From the NCBI GenBank assembly GCA_047495785.1, contig JBLDXI010000042.1, positions 806,001-870,000 of the forward strand: a stretch of DNA of 64,000 nt, given 5' to 3'. The notes beneath the pieces are model-generated. The model did no database searches. It was not told the origin of the DNA and saw only the letters and a program-made list of their open reading frames with translations. Numbering within the stretch: position 1 is the stretch's first letter; every line of letters starts with the position of its first letter. This DNA is from Lepidodermella squamata. Taxonomy: Eukaryota; Animalia; Gastrotricha. Both the position numbers and the translations under genes were made by a program. Shown here piece by piece: positions 1 to 12,941 of the stretch.

Positions 1-1069
1 TCGCCATTGTTCTCTACTTGTGGTAAATAATTTACTCAAGCATACAAAATCTCGCGGTAGAATGACTTTCTCTGCGGTAAGTTCAGCTATATCATGAAGG
101 AAGGAGTTAGAACTGCGCGCAGCGACAAAGGGTTATCTGATTGTGTGTGCGCGCGCAGCCGCGGGCGTACTTACAATACGCGTACGTTTTACGCAACCGC
201 TATAGTGCATGTCTTCCAATGCAAACTGTAACTCAGTTTAAAATCTGTGCGTGAGAGAAAACAAAATCATTCGTTAAATATGAAGTGCTTCTACGGTAAA
301 ACTACCGCCGCGCGCGGTAAAAACTTACTAACGCGGCGGCGTTAGTTTTACCGCAAAAGCATTATGGTAGCCTTGTTTGCGTGCTGCAGTAGAATAATTA
401 CCGTCAAACTAAGAGTTATACCGAAACGCTAACGTAATGTAGTGGTCCCGTTTTGCGTCCTCGGAGAAAATCGACGAAGATCGACTGAGCTACCCATGGC
501 CATGTGTATCATCCGCAAAGGGCATGAATTTTCAATGGAATGGTTGGAATTGGCCCCCCCCCCCCCCTCCCCCCAATTCCCTAGGGTATTCGCCTCGCCG
601 CTCGGGAAACATTAAGTCCCCTACAGAGATTTTATTCTCTATGATATAGCGCACGGCATGGCTTGCGCAATGCCGGCGAAGCACGATCGAGGACGTTTCC
701 TCATCGCTTCATTATACATACCACCCAACTAAATTCTTAAGTAACTTGATATAAATTTCAAAAACCCAGATTAATTTTCAATTTTGGAATTGGTTTCAAC
801 ATGTCTTATGAACTGACGACAATAAGTCATAAGCAATCAATTTTGAGGAAAATTCAGGGACCCTTGTATTTCAGGGACTTGAACAATTTCAGATTTACTT
901 GTCCGGTTTGAGAATATTAAATAAAAACAACTTTTGAGCAAAATAAAAAGCCATGAATACATTTTGTAAAAAAAAACTACGAAATCTAACGAATATTGGA
1001 ATTTAGGAAAGCATTTAAGCTCAGAGCTCAGCTTTTTTATTTAGCATTTAGCATCACTTGAAACGTTAC

Positions 1070-1345
1070 CCCAGTTAGGCAGTTAGCCCTGTTGGCGAAT
1101 GTCGCAGACGAAAATTCACGCGTTTCAGACCCAGCCTGACAGCCAGCTGTCTCGAGGCGGCAATCGACAAAGCTTCCAGTTGACAAATCGAAGCACCTGA
1201 CATGCTGCTTCTCGCTGTCTGGAACTTGCACTATAACAGTGCAACATAAAATGGTTCATGAAGTAATTATGAGTCAATGAAAAACCTACATGTTGTCCCT
1301 GAGATGCAGAGGCTTAAATTAGCGTACGAGCTGCCACCTTCAAGC
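1070..1345 (-). pseudogene. B-type Cys-repeat family fragment (repeat 3b and repeat 4 exons); 5' exons replaced by a LINE, may continue off the left edge
   Basis: Exons SSYANLSLCISGTT and QVPDSEKQHVRCFDLSTGSFVDCRLETAGCQAGSETREFSSATFANRANCLTG closely match B1 exons at 39605-39875. No upstream exons seen between 1350 and 6000. Confidence 0.75.
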
Positions 1346-1349
1346 TGTG

Positions 1350-2430
1350 AAACCTTCAAGCTTTACTCGGCAATTTCAGCGATCTCAGTATGACCCAAAC
1401 CGGACAGTTCATCACCCGACCGTCATCTGGTACAGCTATTGATCACTGCTGGCATAGCAAAGAAACAAAATATCTTGCCGCAGGTTCTGTTCAGGGCTTT
1501 AGCGACCATCATGGCCTGATCTCCGCATTTGACATGCCCAAAAGAAAACCCGATGAAGAAGTTGTTGAGTTCAGGAACTACAAGAACTTCTCGGAGACTG
1601 AATTCTCAAAGGATCTTGGTGAAGGATGCCAAAATCTAATTCCGCCAGAAAATGATGTGAACGATGCTTGTGGCAAATTTACCGATCACTTCTGCAAGAC
1701 CCTCGACAAGCATGCCCCGAAAACAAAAATAAAGAATTCCTGTCTTCCGAAAGTTACGAAGAAGTGCAAGGACCCGGAAGTACTTAATGCTTTGCGTGAA
1801 AAACAAATGGCCCACAGAGTACACTTAACGAAGCCAACACCTGAGTCTCACCTCCGTTTCAAAGCGATGAAGTCGAAAGCTCGCATCCAATTTCAGATTT
1901 CTACTTGAAGAAACTGCAAGAAGCAGCATCGTGCCCGAAGAAAACCTGGGCGGTTCTCCGTGAATTTCTCCCGCACAAATCAAAAGAAGGAGTGATTTCA
2001 GTCGTCTAGGTTCGGCAACATCTTTTAGCTTTCATGAAATCTCTGCTGACGAAATCATCAAGGCTGCGGAAAAACTAACCTCAAAAACAACCACAGGTTA
2101 CGACGGCGTCGCTGAACGGGCCCTGAAAGCTGCAGTGGCGTCGAAAAACTATTGCGAATTTTTGTCGCAACTCTTCAACTTCATTCTACGTAACAACGAA
2201 ATTCCTGAAAAATGGCTCAGAAGCGTGGTCACTTCAATCCGCAAATCTGGAGACCGATCTGACCCTTCAAACTACCGACCGATATCAATCCTATCGTCTG
2301 CACTAAAGTTATTCGAAAGATGCATCAGCGACCAAATTAAAGAGCACCTGTATGCACACAACATTCTTAGTAAATCGCAGTTTGGCTTCCGAAAGCACCA
2401 CTCAACCACGCTGCAACAACTCGGGAGCAT
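1350..2430 (+). mobile_element. Decayed non-LTR retrotransposon (LINE) fragment: end of APE endonuclease and start of reverse transcriptase
   Basis: IDHCW...SDHH endonuclease motif in ORF 1390-1908. W..SVVTSIRKSGDRSDPSNYRPISILS...KLFE...SQFGFRKHHST RT motif in ORF 2135-2437. Stops and frameshifts between them. Confidence 0.9.
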
Positions 2431-5346
2431 CTTCTGACGAAATCTTGTGCTTTTTTCAACTAGCCAACGCCAGAGCGCTTGTAAAATGTGAAAGGCACAC
2501 AATAGGATCGTAGCATTGACGAAAACTGATTTCAAAGCTTCTCGCTCGGCCAATATAGGCCAATCTATAGACGTAATGGAAGTTGGCGGACCCTTTTCAG
2601 AAAAACCTTAGCGAACCATAGCTAACTCGGTCCAAAAGTTTGTGCAACTCGATATTGTTCTTGTGTTAGACTCAACACATCTAATGAGGTAGACCACAAG
2701 GTGGTCGGCCATACCCAGACCTGGTCGGCTGGGGGTGGTCGGCCAACTTCCATTTTCAGGCCTAAAATGGAAGCTGGCCGACCACTTTCAACCGACATCA
2801 GTGTCAACCAGTTCTTTGAATGTGTCAAGTCTAGACCTTTTAGAAACCATACTACTGTGTCAAGGGCTGATGCTGAATATAAAGCAAACGAATTTGATCA
2901 AAAATTAAATAGCTATGATTGGAAATAAGATGACAAAACCTTGTCAAAACATCGCTTGGAGATAGAAAAACAAAGAAAATACAAGCGAATTAAGTAGAGT
3001 TTTTCTAGCTAACTCTGCGATATCCACACTCTGATAGCTGCGATATCCACATTCGATCCTAGCCAGGAAACAACAAGAAGCTAGAAAATATTATTCTGGA
3101 TGAAAAAATAGCGTAAAGAAACCTTCATAGCACGCGCCGATAATAAAAAATCGACTACAATAACCAAACAAATTTAATCAATGGATCAAATCAAACAAAA
3201 TACGACCGGCTTCAGCAGTTGGAAATTTATCGGCGGTATTTAATGTATAATGAAGACGTTGTCGTATTTCGATATCGATCGAGCTCGGGAAATTATGGCG
3301 AATTTCAGAAAAATTGCGTTCTATCGAGACCCGATCGATAGGCTCATTTTGGCATGGCGTAAATGTCCACAATCCATTCGGATGGTTTGAACACAAAAGT
3401 CTTCAAGGTATAGAAAAATTGAAATAATTTGGAAACTGAGTTAACTTCGGAGTGTGCCAATTATTTCAGAAATTATATAGGAAAATTATATTCGAATTCG
3501 GATTGGTAACATTTTATTATGAAATTTGCAGACTTACAATTTTTGAAAATTTTGAAATTAGTTTTTCAAAATGTCAGAATTAAACTTTTAATGACCGAAA
3601 AAAATGCACTCAGAATCCCTAATTGCCCACTGGGGAACGCGATGGCGGGCTTCATTTTCCTATTAAAATCGAGAAATAGGAGAAATCAGTGATTGACTGG
3701 AATTCGATTATCGATTATCGCCTCGGAATTTTTTTCCCAGCTAACGAGGCATTTCCATTTCGAGCGTGAAACGCCCATCAAATCATGTGAATTATACCGT
3801 GAGAAAAATATATTAGAATTTTTGAAAATTAAAAAACTACTGACACACCATTTTGCGCGACGCGAGAGTGCTGCATTAGCGGCACTCTGCTTTTGTTTGC
3901 GGCCTCGTTTCTTAAGAACCGGACTTTACTGGCTTTACTGGCAAGGCCGGGATTCAGATCGATTGGTTCATCGCATCGACCTTCGGCGTCTCGGCCTCTC
4001 TTTGTCGCCTGTCGATTATATGCCTCGGGTGACTCCTTCTGCGTCTTCTTAGGCGGCCTTAAGCGGGCGTTCAGCGACCGGAACCGGAAGCAAGCTAGGC
4101 TTAACCTTTGGCGGCCGGTCCCTTTTAGCAGGTGGCTGGTCTGGAGATTTACTAAACTCCACGCGTTTAGTTCTAGGCATGAGTAAGTAGTTTGATGAGA
4201 GATATGAGAGATATAAAGTGTTTGCTGAGCAACGACTAGGGTGACTAAACTGATTAAGACTTCTCATCGCCACCAAGTGCGGTAGTGCACGTGCGAACGC
4301 GTCGCGCAAAATGAGTCGCGCAGACGGGAACCGCCCGTATGACTTCAAAATTATACAAATCAGTCCCACTAGTGTTTTCTTCCAATCTGTTTTCTCAGCT
4401 GAAGTGAATTGACGATTCTCTCATGAAAAAAATAAATTTCGAACTTAACGGACAAATATTAAGAGACCAAATGACCAAATGAATCAGTTTTATTTTTCGT
4501 CCTCCGTAGGCATGTGATGTTAATATTAGAGAGAAGAAAAAAGGCCTTACCCGTGAGGGTTTAGGGGACGGCTGACGACAGGCGATCGGCTTCAGGTGCC
4601 GACAGATCGGTCGCGAACAACCTGCTTTTGCCCAAAAATGCATAATTTTCGATGCTATTACACACTAATTGCCATTCATCTCGATCTCTGGCAGTTATTT
4701 CCGCTAATTCTAGATCCGCAATTTTGTGAATTTCAGTGCGTCGCATTAACAGGGTCGACTTACGAGGTCTCCCGCGTATAACTGGCTCATTTGGGTTTTT
4801 AATATATTTCACATGAATATCGAACAAACCAATTTTAAGAAGACTGCTTTTCAAGCTATCGGTCCAGCGGGTTGGCGCGGTTTACCGCGAGGGAAGCACC
4901 AACTCGGGTCGACCGCTTTCCAATGATATATGGCATTCGTGAGACTTTCAGTGTCATACTCGTCTTTGCGAATAATGTGACCGAAATATTTCAGAGATTT
5001 TATTACCTAAAATTTGACTAGGTCTAACGCCCAATTACACACCGGTGTGCAATGGAAAAAACTGTTATTACGTTAAAGCTTTGACGATTCGCGAATTTTA
5101 GTATACTTTCTCAGATTCCTTACAACAAGAGCTGTCAAAAAAAGTATCACAACGGCAAAATTGTGGATGAATCGATTTTTGTTTTTCCCCGTCTCCAGAG
5201 TGTTGAATTCAATTTTTGAAAAAAAGATTTATCGTAATTTTAGAATTGAAATTTCAAAATTCAACTCAATTTGAAAATGATTTCTTGTGGAAAAACTCTG
5301 GAATAAAGATTCATTATTTTATTTCATTCTGTATTGGATTCTATAG

Positions 5347-5540
5347 AAAATTGGCCGACAAATAATGAGAAAACGCCGTTCAAATGCGACATTTGCGGAA
5401 ATCGATCGCGGCCTTCCAGTTACCCTGGATGAATTTCCGTGCTTCATAGCCTCAATGCCACCATCCATGTCCCTGAATCAGCACTGGCGATCGCAGTTTG
5501 ACATTTGCAAATTTTGCGCTATCCACTACGATTATATCGA
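5347..5540 (+). pseudogene. Orphan exon of a carbohydrate sulfotransferase (Sulfotransferase_2; CHST8-14/HNK-1ST type)
   Basis: After a tatag acceptor it reads KIGRQIMRKRRSNATFAEIDRGLPVTLDEF...NQHWRSQFDICKFCAIHYDYI, matching the family pattern G..I.K..R.NAT...G..V.F.EF...N.HW......C..C.I.YD. The expected GK.ETL continuation and the PAPS-binding exons are not seen. Confidence 0.75.
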
Positions 5541-5705
5541 ATGTGGCGTTAAGCGGGAAATTGCAAGATATGATGAAATTTATAGCTTGGAAAAAATATT
5601 CTATTGATTATTTACTATTCGATTTGAAAAGTGTGTAATAAAGAAGCCGTGAATTTTTATTCGTTTATATTTTAAGAATTCGTGGCAGCTACAGTCCGGA
5701 GGTCA

Positions 5706-5765
5706 TCAGGTTCAGGTTCAGATTCAGGATCAGGTTAGGGTTCAGGTTCAGGTTCATGATCAGGG
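5706..5765. repeat. Degenerate (CAGGTT)n hexamer microsatellite
   Basis: tcaggttcaggttcagattcaggatcaggttagggttcaggttcaggttcatgatcagg. Confidence 0.8.
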
Positions 5766-6010
5766 ATGGAGCTCTCTGAATTACTAATAAACTAATAAAC
5801 GAATGCCGGAATCCTTGATGTTCACAGTGTATTTTTATTTGCCAAGTTCTAAATACCCAGGAATGCATTCGAAATGAGACATTCTAAATGATTTTTCGTC
5901 AAAGTTCGCCAAAGTTCAAAAAGTTTTAAGTTTTAAGAGTCAAAGAATACTGAAGATCCATAATCTTCAGCACACGAAGTTGATGATGAGAAGTTCGATG
6001 TAAGCTGGCT

Positions 6011-9000
6011 TCAGCGCATTCCAGGAATGGAGAAAGAAGCACAGTTGACTTCCGCAATTCGCAATTGGGCTGGGGTCAGCGTTGCATTGAATATGTTCAG
6101 ACAGGCAATACTTCCCATCAGCGGCTCAACCGGATCGGCCCACGATCTTCAAAGACACAAATTGCATATAAATAAATGCATGGGGTGAAGGTGAGCGCAA
6201 ACTAACCGTGCCAAACTAAGTGACCCATTGTTTGGAATGGGTGATATTAAGCCGTTAAGAGAGGCTCTATACCTATCGCAAGCAATATTGAGGCTGCCGC
6301 TTGTGTTAATAACTGACACGAAGCGCCACTTATGACTGAGGGGACACGTGACCTCAGAATAAACGCTACCAACTGCAGCACGGAAAATATTGTTGCTCCG
6401 AGCCAGAATTTTCAGACCTTGTGCGAATTCAAGAAGCGGCCTGTCCTGTTCAGTTGACAGCGTTGCGAAAAAGGTAATGCTGAAACCAGCGGTCATCGAC
6501 TTGATTTTATCAGCTGATGCGCTTCTTACATCACTCGACGCGAAATAGAGAGCTGTGTCAGAAACGCCGAACGGTCCAGGAACAGATGAAAGGGCCGTGA
6601 CTGGAGCTGAGAAATTAGCCTTTGGCTCGACACGGTCGTTCAAGTCGGATACCAACGGCCAAATTGCCAAGTTCGACGGCATCAGTGTTGTCAACGACTC
6701 AGGCATCCACGTTTTTCCTGAAAAAACCTCCACGCACTTTTTGCGAACCATCCACAGGTGTTGCACGAGAAGGGCGTGTTTGTAAATCGAAAGACACGTA
6801 AGACGACTAAGGTTGATTGAGCCAGATTTCAATTTGTTGCTTGTGATTGGCGATGTTGTGACATTGACCGTATTAACGACGTTGTCGCAGACTGCTGTCA
6901 GTTGATTTAATGTGTTGTCGTATGAAACCGCGATGTAGACCCACGATGGAGATCGGGATGTGATTGACATGCAGCTGAATGAAATCGCGGCAGCGGTATC
7001 ATCTGAAAAGGAAATGCTATTGATTACTACATCTCTGCCTAAAATCATTTTCAACCAGCCAAAAGCTATGCTAAACTGCTCAACTATACGAGCGCATTTC
7101 TTTGACTCTCAGAGTTCCGACACCCTATTCCAAGCCAGCTGCGATTCTACGAATATTAACGACCCTGCTTTCAATAAATCCCAAGCTGTAGCATCATAGA
7201 CAACTCTATACAGATCGGAAACTAGCGATCTTCCTATAGTAAATAAATTCACACCAAAACGTGAAAAAGTGGGCACGCGACTTTCATTTTTATTCACTCA
7301 TCGCCCTATCCGTCCATGGTAATTTTTCCGATTTTTAATTATTTTCTAAAATTCCCTGAGAAAATGTTTCATTTCCAACAAATTTCAAACAAATTTTCCG
7401 GACTACTAGAAGCGCTCCTTATTCGCTCCTTATTAATCTTATTCGATTTTTGCTCTATCCAAAGATATAAAACTTGAGCGAATCAGAATTTTTTTCGAAT
7501 TTCGCGAAATTTGCATTCGCTTGATAATACTTTGAGCGAGCTAAAAATAGCTACAAAAAACCTAATAGCTATTTTTAGATTTAGCAGTATCACGCAAAAT
7601 CCAAATATTACAAGTCAGAAAATTTCACAAAATTCGAAAGAAATTCTGATTCGCTCAAGTTTTATATCGTTGGATAGAGCAAAAATCGAATAAGATCATA
7701 GTATTTTTCTCGGAATTTTTCGGCTTAAAATGAAACATTTTACCGTCCTGAAAGACTCTTGAAATGGCGATTTTTCGTAAAAGTGACCAACTTTGAGATA
7801 ATTTTAAAAAAGTTAGAAAAAAACCGTCTCATGAGACGGGACTCATTCGATAGAGGAGCGCTTCTAGTATTCCGGAAAATTTGTTTGAAATTTGTCGGAA
7901 ATGAAACATTTTCTCAGGGAATTTTAGAAAATTATTAAAAATCGGAAAAATTACCATGGACGGATAGGGCGATGATTGAATAAAAATGAAAGTCGCGTGC
8001 CCACTTTTTCACGTTTTGGTGTGAATTCAACTTCAAACTCACCCATGTATATGTCAATTCTGTTCAATCCATCGCTGGTTTTAGGGTGGTAGAAAATCCG
8101 GAAAAGATCCGTCGCGTCGTAAAACACAATAACGGGTAAAGCAATAGCAGATGAGCTCTGATACCAGTAGGTAGATACCGTGAATGACGACTGGCTGAGA
8201 TCGAGTTTGAGATTTTCCACCTTGAAATAATTGTTCGAAGTTAATACGTAGGCGGGGGCCGCAAAGTCGAAAGGGTTGCTAGCATAATTGACAGGTCCAA
8301 CAAACGATCCGTTGATTCCGTTTTCACTGATATCACTCGAGCCGTACGCTTGCGTAAGCGGGAAGAAAGCTAAGGCGGGAGGTAACGCAAACGGATTCTC
8401 TGTTAATAATTTTTATTATCATATCTGCAATACCAGACTTCAGACTAACTTACGCTGTTCGCAAATCTCCAAAGTGGTGTAGTTTGTACTGTTGTATAAC
8501 AACTAAGTTCAAGGGAAACAATTGGGCATCTTGTATTAAAAGAGAGGAGAGCATAAGATTCGTCAGCTGATAACATACCCAATTTTCAGGACAATCTTCG
8601 TCAACGGAAACACACTTTGAAGCCATGAACGGGTTACTAGCGCATAGCTTGAACTAATTGCAAAAAACACAATTATCCCTTTTTTCCCGAAGCAAAGAAA
8701 ATCCCCTATTAGAGACTAGGAACTGGGAAGTGAGCGATTGATCGCGAACGGCTTTGCGGCGAATATTTTTCATTATAGATAATAAAGACTAGCACAGCCT
8801 TCCCCTTCCCTGCTTGGTCACCTGATTTGTTTGAGTAGAATTGGAGCCTACAACCTCAAACCCAAGCACATTATGTATTGTCTAGTTGGGCTACGGATTC
8901 CGCTGGACAAATTACATTTTTTCTTACGACTCTACCTCCTCGTATCCAAAAACGTTTACTTACCGCTGAAGGTTTCATACAGGCGGCGTAATTTTCGCTG

Positions 9001-11877
9001 AAATTTCCACTCGTATAAGATGATACCTGAAAATGCATTAAAACAAAGTAGAAATGAGTTTGTTACGAAATCAGGCTAACCGGAGAGATTCCTTGAGAGC
9101 AAGTTGTTGAGTCCTGGCATCGTTCTCCAGTTGCGCATCGATAAGCGCTCTAATTTATAATTAGTGAGTAATTTAGAAATTGCAAATACGAAGACCCGTT
9201 CTTACAGCGCTATAGCAGGCACTTTCCGATGTGTAAGAAACGTTCCCAATCTATGATGAAAGATTATTCTTACATGAAGTTCCCCACTTAAGCGCTAACT
9301 TACGCTAATTTGAGGATTGGGACAGGATAGTCCACTAACGCAGCCTACAAACGTTTTGTTGCTGTCGTAACAATGCACGTAATTGACAACTGTTCAGCGT
9401 CGAATAATCATAAAAGTAGCAGAATAGCGACAGAAGGAGAAACCAACTTTTGCATAGCTCAAAAGAGTCGTAGCTAGTCTCAGAAGCTCCAGAGATCTAA
9501 ACACAATTGAGCTTCTTGTGAAATTCAAAGAAAATCAGGGGAAATTAACTCACAGTAGATGCTGGGCAACTCGAGTTGACAGGAATGCACACGGTAAGTA
9601 AATTTGAATTCGGATCCAAGCAGCGTTTATGCTTCCCCTTTAATTATTATTTAATACTAATGTGGCTTCGAGTTTCGAGCAAAATTGCAAAAACCTGAAT
9701 TGCAGATTGGCAGGTTTGGAAATTGGTAGCGTATGGCCCGGAACTTGCTCCAAGGCTTCCAAGCTGTTAAATTGAAATATACGATAAAACAGTCAAGAAT
9801 TCAAGAAAAGCTACTCACATCGTATTTCCCCGTTCCGTTTGGGCATGAATCATCACAGGCGCCACCAGTCGAAGCGTCATAACACATTCTGATGCTCTGT
9901 TAGGAGAAAAAACCGATTAAAATTTGCCGCAAAGCTAATAGCTAAATTCAAACCCCTGTTTCGCAAACTGTTCTCGTAGAGAACACGTTCAGGCTAGGGG
10001 TCTGTAAGTAAAACAAAAATAAAAAAAAAGATATTACCTTATCACTTCCACCTTTCAACCCGCTTTTTAATAGAAGCTCAGGACTTTACTTGACCGAATC
10101 AACTACAACCAGCTCAACTATGCTTCCATACATTAGCCCACTCTCAAACAAAGCCCGCTATTATAACCACTTCTCGGGTGATCTCGGGTAACCCCTTCTC
10201 AGACCCTCTTGATTTAAAAAGCCTATGTATTAAATCGCAGCGTTAGGAGTATCAAATGTGACTATTACGTCTGTCCCGTCGCATGGCAACTGAGCAGGCT
10301 TGCATCCGGAGAACGCGGACCCTGCCGAGCTAAAACAGCGCCGATGAGGAAAATAAGACTGCGGGGCTGGAAGAAACGAAGCGTATTAACAAATCTGTTT
10401 CATTGTTTTTCAACGAACCAGATTCGCACTCGCCAAGGTTTGAAAATGAAACGCCAGTCGAAAATTGGTTCGTACTACCAGCCGAGCAGTTCGTGCTGCC
10501 GTCAGTAGGGATGCATTTGACAAGAGCGTAGGTTTGCGAGTTCAAGCAGAATTGATGCGGTTTCTAAACAGAAAAAATAGGAAAATCGAACAATTATATG
10601 TACAAAAGTTTACCGTATATGTCGCGAGATAGCTAAGGCATTGTGCATAATTTGCCCCGAAATCGCCAACGCTGTTGAAAGTTGCCACCTAAAGAGAGAC
10701 AAATAATTCGAAATCATCCAAGCAATGACTGGCTCACCAAGCTCATGGGAGATCGGCAAATTCCACGGCAAACGAATGTCGAAGCGGATTTGCATAGAGC
10801 TGCGGGCTACAAAGGAAATAAAATCGGTAACGCTTCAACTAAAATAAAACAAATCAACACACCCCTGAAGAGCAGTGTCTCTTGTCGATATAAATTCCGC
10901 CGCTGAAAGCCTGAAATAGAACAAAATTCGATAGTGCTATCGAGATGTCATTACATGACCTGTGATTGGGTGGCAGTGTTACAGCCAGGCGTAGCCAGCT
11001 GGCAGCCAGCGAATGTGCGATCCGACTTTGAGAAACACCGAACATGCGGCGAAAAATCTGGGCTTCTGGCGGCTAAAATAACATTATGAGCCGAATCAAT
11101 TACTATTCATTATTCTGCTCGAATCAAGCAAACCGCAAACCTCGGATTTTCTCAAGGCACTCATTAAAGCTGATTATCGGGTTCAAGGTACGCTAACATT
11201 CATAAGAAATGGAACAGGTAATTGCTAAAATCATTTGAAATCCTCACCCAGCCAGGCGGGCAATTGCTCTCATATGGGACGCAGGTCATAGCTGTATCAT
11301 TCTCACACTTCATAGCCGGATTTTCCTTTGCAACAACATTGAAAAAATGTTTGATTCGCTGAAAAATAATCGCGTAATACCATGTACGGCCGAAGTTTGT
11401 TGATGCAGTCATCGTACCGAGGTTTAAAAGTTAAGCCCGTGAAATTTAAGTACTAGGAAAAAATTTGAAATTAAATTCAGCGGCAATTGAAAGAATAAAT
11501 TACCGGAATTTCGTTCTTTGAACACGAAACGATCTGAGGCAGGCATCTTAGTGTGGACTGTTTGGGGTTGTAGCAGCTATGGGCAGACTGAATAAAGCAA
11601 ATTCGATTTCTTATTGAACAGCGGCGAGCAAATAAACAAACGCCCTGCTTGCAAGTCGCGTAATCAGGAAATGATGGGCCCAACTAATCGCGAAAGCATT
11701 TGTTTAGAGTGGGTTGGGTCAGCGAGTACCTTGACTTACCTGAGCTTCTTCAAATAGATAACAGTCCTCTTTACAGCCGATGAAATCATCGTTCCATCGC
11801 GAGACGCATCGCTTAAAGCAGTTGGCACAGCTAACAGCGATCACAGCAAAAACCAAATAACCACTCAATAAATTCAT
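6011..11877 (-). CDS. Family member A1: signal peptide + 12 four-Cys repeats + 2 LamG/ConA-like domains; 26 exons, apparently intact
   Basis: ATG at 11877 (MNLLSGYLVFAVIAVSCANCFKRCVSRWNDDFIGCKEDC...). Exons traced by eye with GT-AG borders and consistent phase. Large exon lies within ORF 6149-7054. Last exon SWADPVEPLMGSIACLNIFNATLTPAQLRIAEVNCASFSIPGMR* with stop at 6011-6013. Confidence 0.85.
7250..8023. mobile_element. Foldback MITE with ~170-bp TIRs and CAC...GTG ends in an A1 intron; contains an inner palindromic element (~7436-7694)
   Basis: cacaccaaaacgtgaaaaagtgggcacgcg... mirrored by ...cgcgtgcccactttttcacgttttggtgtg, flanked by AATT on both sides. Confidence 0.85.
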
Positions 11878-12771
11878 CTATTCTTTTTAAATGAAAAAAT
11901 GAATGAATGAATGAGTGACTGTAAAAAGTGATATTTGGGTGTTTGACTTTGCAACGTCATCGCGCCACATTTACCACGCGATGTTTCCAAGTCGCGTGAA
12001 TTACGTAATTTCATTTTTGTCCTACTTTTGCCGAAGGAGCACTCTCAGCCAATTTAATAAAAATAGGTCAAGGTTAACTGTACTGGAAACGTACTGGCTA
12101 CGGAATTTAAGGCGTCGTGAATTGACTCCGAGCTGAGCTAGCGCAAACAAATCGACCATTTACTGATCAGCGAATATAAAAAATTGAGTTTTAGGTGTTC
12201 CATGCACGGCAAAATATTGCGCATTGCGTACGCCCTTTTGAGAGAGGAGAGGAGTTGAAATTGTTAGAAAATATTAACATTTATGAATATTTATTCGTCC
12301 TGATTGAAAGTGAGATGCAAAAAGAAAGACTGAAGACGTAAGAAAAAATTGGAAAATGCAACTTTGGATTTACCCATAGACAACACTGTAACAGATAGGA
12401 ACGATCGCAAACGATCGACCTATACTGCATTTCTTCAGCACGCGATTACTTTGTATGCCAAACAACGCCCTATCCGCTCATTACAATTTTAATTAATTTC
12501 AAAAATCGATAGGCTAAATTGTCCTTCATCTAATTGTTTGACTTTCAGTAGATAAATAATAGATTTCGCGGTCTATCGAATGAGCTCAGGTACATCTTGG
12601 AGGCTCGCATGATCAATTTACTAGAATTTGGTGAAAATTGCTATTTTTGTAGATTTTCGGCTAATCTGCCATCTGCCATTCTTCTGCCGCCGTTGGCTCT
12701 CCCGACAAATTTTTGAAAATTTTAAGGAAAATTGATTTATCAATGTTGACAATTTTCTCTATCCAACGATA

Positions 12772-12932
12772 TATAAGTTGCGCGGTAATTATTTTATTTT
12801 GATTTTCCGATATTTTTTGGCTCGAATAATGATTTTATTGGGGTGCAGCTTGAACTTTGGATTCTCTTGTTGCGTTGTTCGAGCCAAAAAATATCGGAAA
12901 ATCAAAATAAAATAATTACCGCGCAACTTATA
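12772..12932. mobile_element. Palindromic MITE remnant truncating the last exon of A2
   Basis: tataagttgcgcggtaattattttattttgattttccgatattttttggctcgaa and its reverse complement. The adjacent ctctatccaacgatata also occurs in the 7436-7694 element. Confidence 0.75.
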
Positions 12933-12941
12933 ATTATAATT

